Shown here in pieces: positions 61,911 to 64,000 of a stretch of 64,000 nucleotides of DNA. The notes below the pieces were generated by a model, which did no database searches, had not been told where the DNA came from, and worked only from the letters and a program-made list of their open reading frames with translations. This stretch comes from Gemmatimonadaceae bacterium. GTDB lineage: Bacteria; Gemmatimonadota; Gemmatimonadetes; Gemmatimonadales; Gemmatimonadaceae. The translations under genes and the position numbers were made by a program. The stretch spans positions 4,931 through 68,930 of the forward strand of contig JBKJIY010000079.1 of the NCBI GenBank assembly GCA_046598315.1, in the 5' to 3' direction. Positions within the stretch are counted from its first letter, which is position 1. The number at the start of each line of letters is the position of its first letter.

Positions 61911-64000
61911 TCACGTGATGACGTCCGACTTCCTGACCTTGACGATCACCCCGTTCACCCCGCCGTCCTGCAGCAGCTTGTTGAACGCCGGCACCTCCTG
62001 CTGCTCGATGACCTGTACCTCGGCGCGCATCGCCGACCAGAGCCGCTCCAGTTCGGCGAACCGCTCCCGTGAGGGCTGCGTCACCCCGTCGTTGCCCTCC
62101 ACGTTGCCGAGCAGGAAGACGTACTGCGAGTTGATGCCGTTGCGATAGTTGATCACGTCCTGTCCATTCGCCGCCCTGGTGGAGAGCCTCGGCTCGAGCA
62201 GGTCCACCTTGCTCGTGATCTCCTTGCCCTTCGCGGTGATGGCGCTTGCCGCGGCCGATTCCTTCGCCCGCTCCACGAAGCTCGCGACCTGTACCTTCAC
62301 GTCGCGCAGCCGAAGCAGCGCCTCGTTGATTTCCCCGACGCGCGCATTGATGGCGCGCGCCAGCGAGTCCCGCGCCGCGATGGCCGGCGCCGGCGCGGTG
62401 ACGCGCGGATCCTGCCGCACCTCGAAGCCCTGCGTCTGCACCGTCGTCCCCGCCGTCAATCGCACCTGATACCGGCCGGGTGCCACGAGGTAGCCGGTCG
62501 TCGGACCGCCCCAGAGGTTGAGATTGCCGGGGAGCACCGTCGGCGCATCGGCTCGCAGGTCCCACTGGAAGGAGTTGAGACCGGGCTTGGGTGCAAGCGT
62601 CGCCGGTCCTCTGTTTCCCGGTGCCGCTGGTGGCGTGGCAGTCGCCGCCGCTGGCGCGCGGCTCACGCTGCGCAGCACGCGACCGCTCGTGTCCAGAAAC
62701 TCGAGCTTGAGGACCTGCGCGGAGTCTGGCACCCTGGCCAGGCTGTAGTACACGTTGGCGCCACTCGGCGGGTTGCGTCCGGCCGTCGTCGTCGGCGCCG
62801 AGGGCGCACCGCCGAGCAGGGCGGGCCGAGGCGCGAACAGATGCACCTCGCGCCCCGACACCTGCGCGTTCATCTGGCGCAGCGGCGAGAGGTCGTCGAG
62901 CGCCCAGAACGAACGCCCTTCCGTGGACGCATACAGATCGCCGTGCCGCACTTCGAGGTCGGTCACCGGCGTCACCGGCAGGTTGCGCGAGAAGGGCGTC
63001 CAGCTCTCGCCCCCATTCCACGATGCGTACACGCCCGTCTCGGAACCGAGGTAAAGGAGTCCGCGGCGCTCCGGATCTTCACGCACCACGCGCACCGGCT
63101 CTCCCGGCCGCAATCCCGCGGCGATGCGCGTCCATGTGCGGCCGTAGTCGGTGGACTTGTAGGGATATGGCGCGTAGTCGCCGCGCCGGTCGAGGCGGAA
63201 GGCCAGGTACACCGTGGCGGGATCGTGCGGCGAGACCTCCACCTCGTTCGCCAGGCCGACGGGGATGCCCGAGGGTGTGACATTCGTCCAGCTCGTTCCC
63301 CCGTCCCGCGTGAGCTGCACCAGTCCGTCGTCCGTGCCCACGTACATCGTGTTCGCATCGTGCGGCGATTCGGCGATGGTGACGATCGCGCCGTACACCT
63401 CGCCACCGGCGCCCTCGTTGGTGATCGGCGCGCCGCCGCGGCCCTGCGTGGACTTGTCGTTCCGCGAGAGATCGGGCGACGCGGGCGCCCAGGTGCGGCC
63501 GCGGTCCGTCGTCTTGAACAGGACGTTGCCCGCGTGATAGACCACGTTCGGATTGTGCTGTGAGACCACCGCCGGCGCCGTCCAGTTGAACCGGTACCGT
63601 GTCGCGTCGCTCGGCTCCGTGAGCATCAGCTCGGGCCATGGCATGATGGCGCGCCGCAGCCCCGTCTGCGTGTCCAGTTCGTCGAGGATGCCCTGATAGC
63701 ATCCGCCGTACACGAAGCGCGGATTCCGCCGGTCCACCCCGATGTTGGCGCTCTCGCAGCCCGGTCCCTCGTCCCAGTCCCGCGCGCCGATGGTCGGGTT
63801 GTCGCTGCGGCTCTTGATGATGACCGAGCTGTTGTCCTGCTGCCCACTGTAGAGACGGTACGGATAGACGTCGTCCACCATCACGTGGTAGAACTGGGAC
63901 GTGGGCTGATTGTCCTGGGTGCTCCAGCTCTTTCCGCCGTCCACGGAGATGGACGCCCCGCCGTCATTGGCGTTGATGAGGTAGCGGGAGTCCTTCGGGT
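61911..64000 (-). CDS. BNR/Sortilin(VPS10)-type beta-propeller glycosidase-like protein, N-terminus outside the window
   Basis: The frame stays open to the window edge. Repeated BNR motifs are present (SVDGGKSW, TDRGRTW, RDGGTSW, STDYGRTW, WNGGESW). Confidence 0.85.
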   Translation of the reverse strand, partial: PKDSRYLINANDGGASISVDGGKSWSTQDNQPTSQFYHVMVDDVYPYRLYSGQQDNSSVIIKSRSDNPTIGARDWDEGPGCESANIGVDRRNPRFVYGGCYQGILDELDTQTGLRRAIMPWPELMLTEPSDATRYRFNWTAPAVVSQHNPNVVYHAGNVLFKTTDRGRTWAPASPDLSRNDKSTQGRGGAPITNEGAGGEVYGAIVTIAESPHDANTMYVGTDDGLVQLTRDGGTSWTNVTPSGIPVGLANEVEVSPHDPATVYLAFRLDRRGDYAPYPYKSTDYGRTWTRIAAGLRPGEPVRVVREDPERRGLLYLGSETGVYASWNGGESWTPFSRNLPVTPVTDLEVRHGDLYASTEGRSFWALDDLSPLRQMNAQVSGREVHLFAPRPALLGGAPSAPTTTAGRNPPSGANVYYSLARVPDSAQVLKLEFLDTSGRVLRSVSRAPAAATATPPAAPGNRGPATLAPKPGLNSFQWDLRADAPTVLPGNLNLWGGPTTGYLVAPGRYQVRLTAGTTVQTQGFEVRQDPRVTAPAPAIAARDSLARAINARVGEINEALLRLRDVKVQVASFVERAKESAAASAITAKGKEITSKVDLLEPRLSTRAANGQDVINYRNGINSQYVFLLGNVEGNDGVTQPSRERFAELERLWSAMRAEVQVIEQQEVPAFNKLLQDGGVNGVIVKVRKSDVIT

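Noticed and set aside
1-64000. A search for mobile-element, prophage, defence or toxin-antitoxin genes that might explain the repeats or the low-GC pockets.
   Set aside because: I recognised no integrase, transposase, recombinase, restriction-modification, Cas, abortive-infection or toxin-antitoxin signatures in any frame. The only nuclease-like gene is the frameshifted GxxExxY remnant.

Overview
High-GC (about 70%) chromosomal window from a diderm bacterium. It carries TonB-dependent receptors, a SusC/SusD pair and many Sec or lipoprotein signal peptides. The style fits a Gemmatimonadota-like lineage, but I cannot verify that without a database search. I support about 50 protein-coding genes, densely packed, often with 1-16 bp overlaps. 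I recognised no rRNA, tRNA, CRISPR array, transposase, integrase or known defence system.

Main content:
- An eight-gene minus-strand purine-catabolism operon at 9306-16752: three-subunit xanthine dehydrogenase, allantoinase, allantoicase, OHCU decarboxylase, HIU hydrolase and uricase. Opposite it sit a divergent guanine deaminase and an uncharacterised aldolase/malate-synthase-like gene.
- Many secreted peptidases and hydrolases: M28, retropepsin-like, S9, class-C-like serine hydrolase, DUF1028, tandem M42 and a gluzincin.
- A DUF969/DUF979/DUF2891 cluster.
- A STAND/SARP-like regulator divergent from a pseudo-receiver OmpR-type regulator.
- A SusC/SusD/DUF4397/BNR locus.

Most unusual observations:
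- A minus-strand module at 45918-51401. It starts with a small Sec-secreted protein built almost entirely of STGVIVAS octapeptide repeats (near-identical 24-bp DNA units). A Big2 plus HExxH...WLNEG lipoprotein, an 817-aa putative outer-membrane barrel and a small lipoprotein follow. I read it as a candidate undescribed fibre or amyloid-like surface system.
- A family of roughly 100-bp intergenic elements with 16-bp terminal inverted repeats. At least 5 copies lie in 64 kb, with no transposase.
- A perfect (GACAGGAA)x7 8-bp microsatellite directly abutting a start codon.
- A PHM/DBH-like copper-monooxygenase histidine pattern in a lipoprotein.

All functional calls rest on motif recognition by eye, not on searches.
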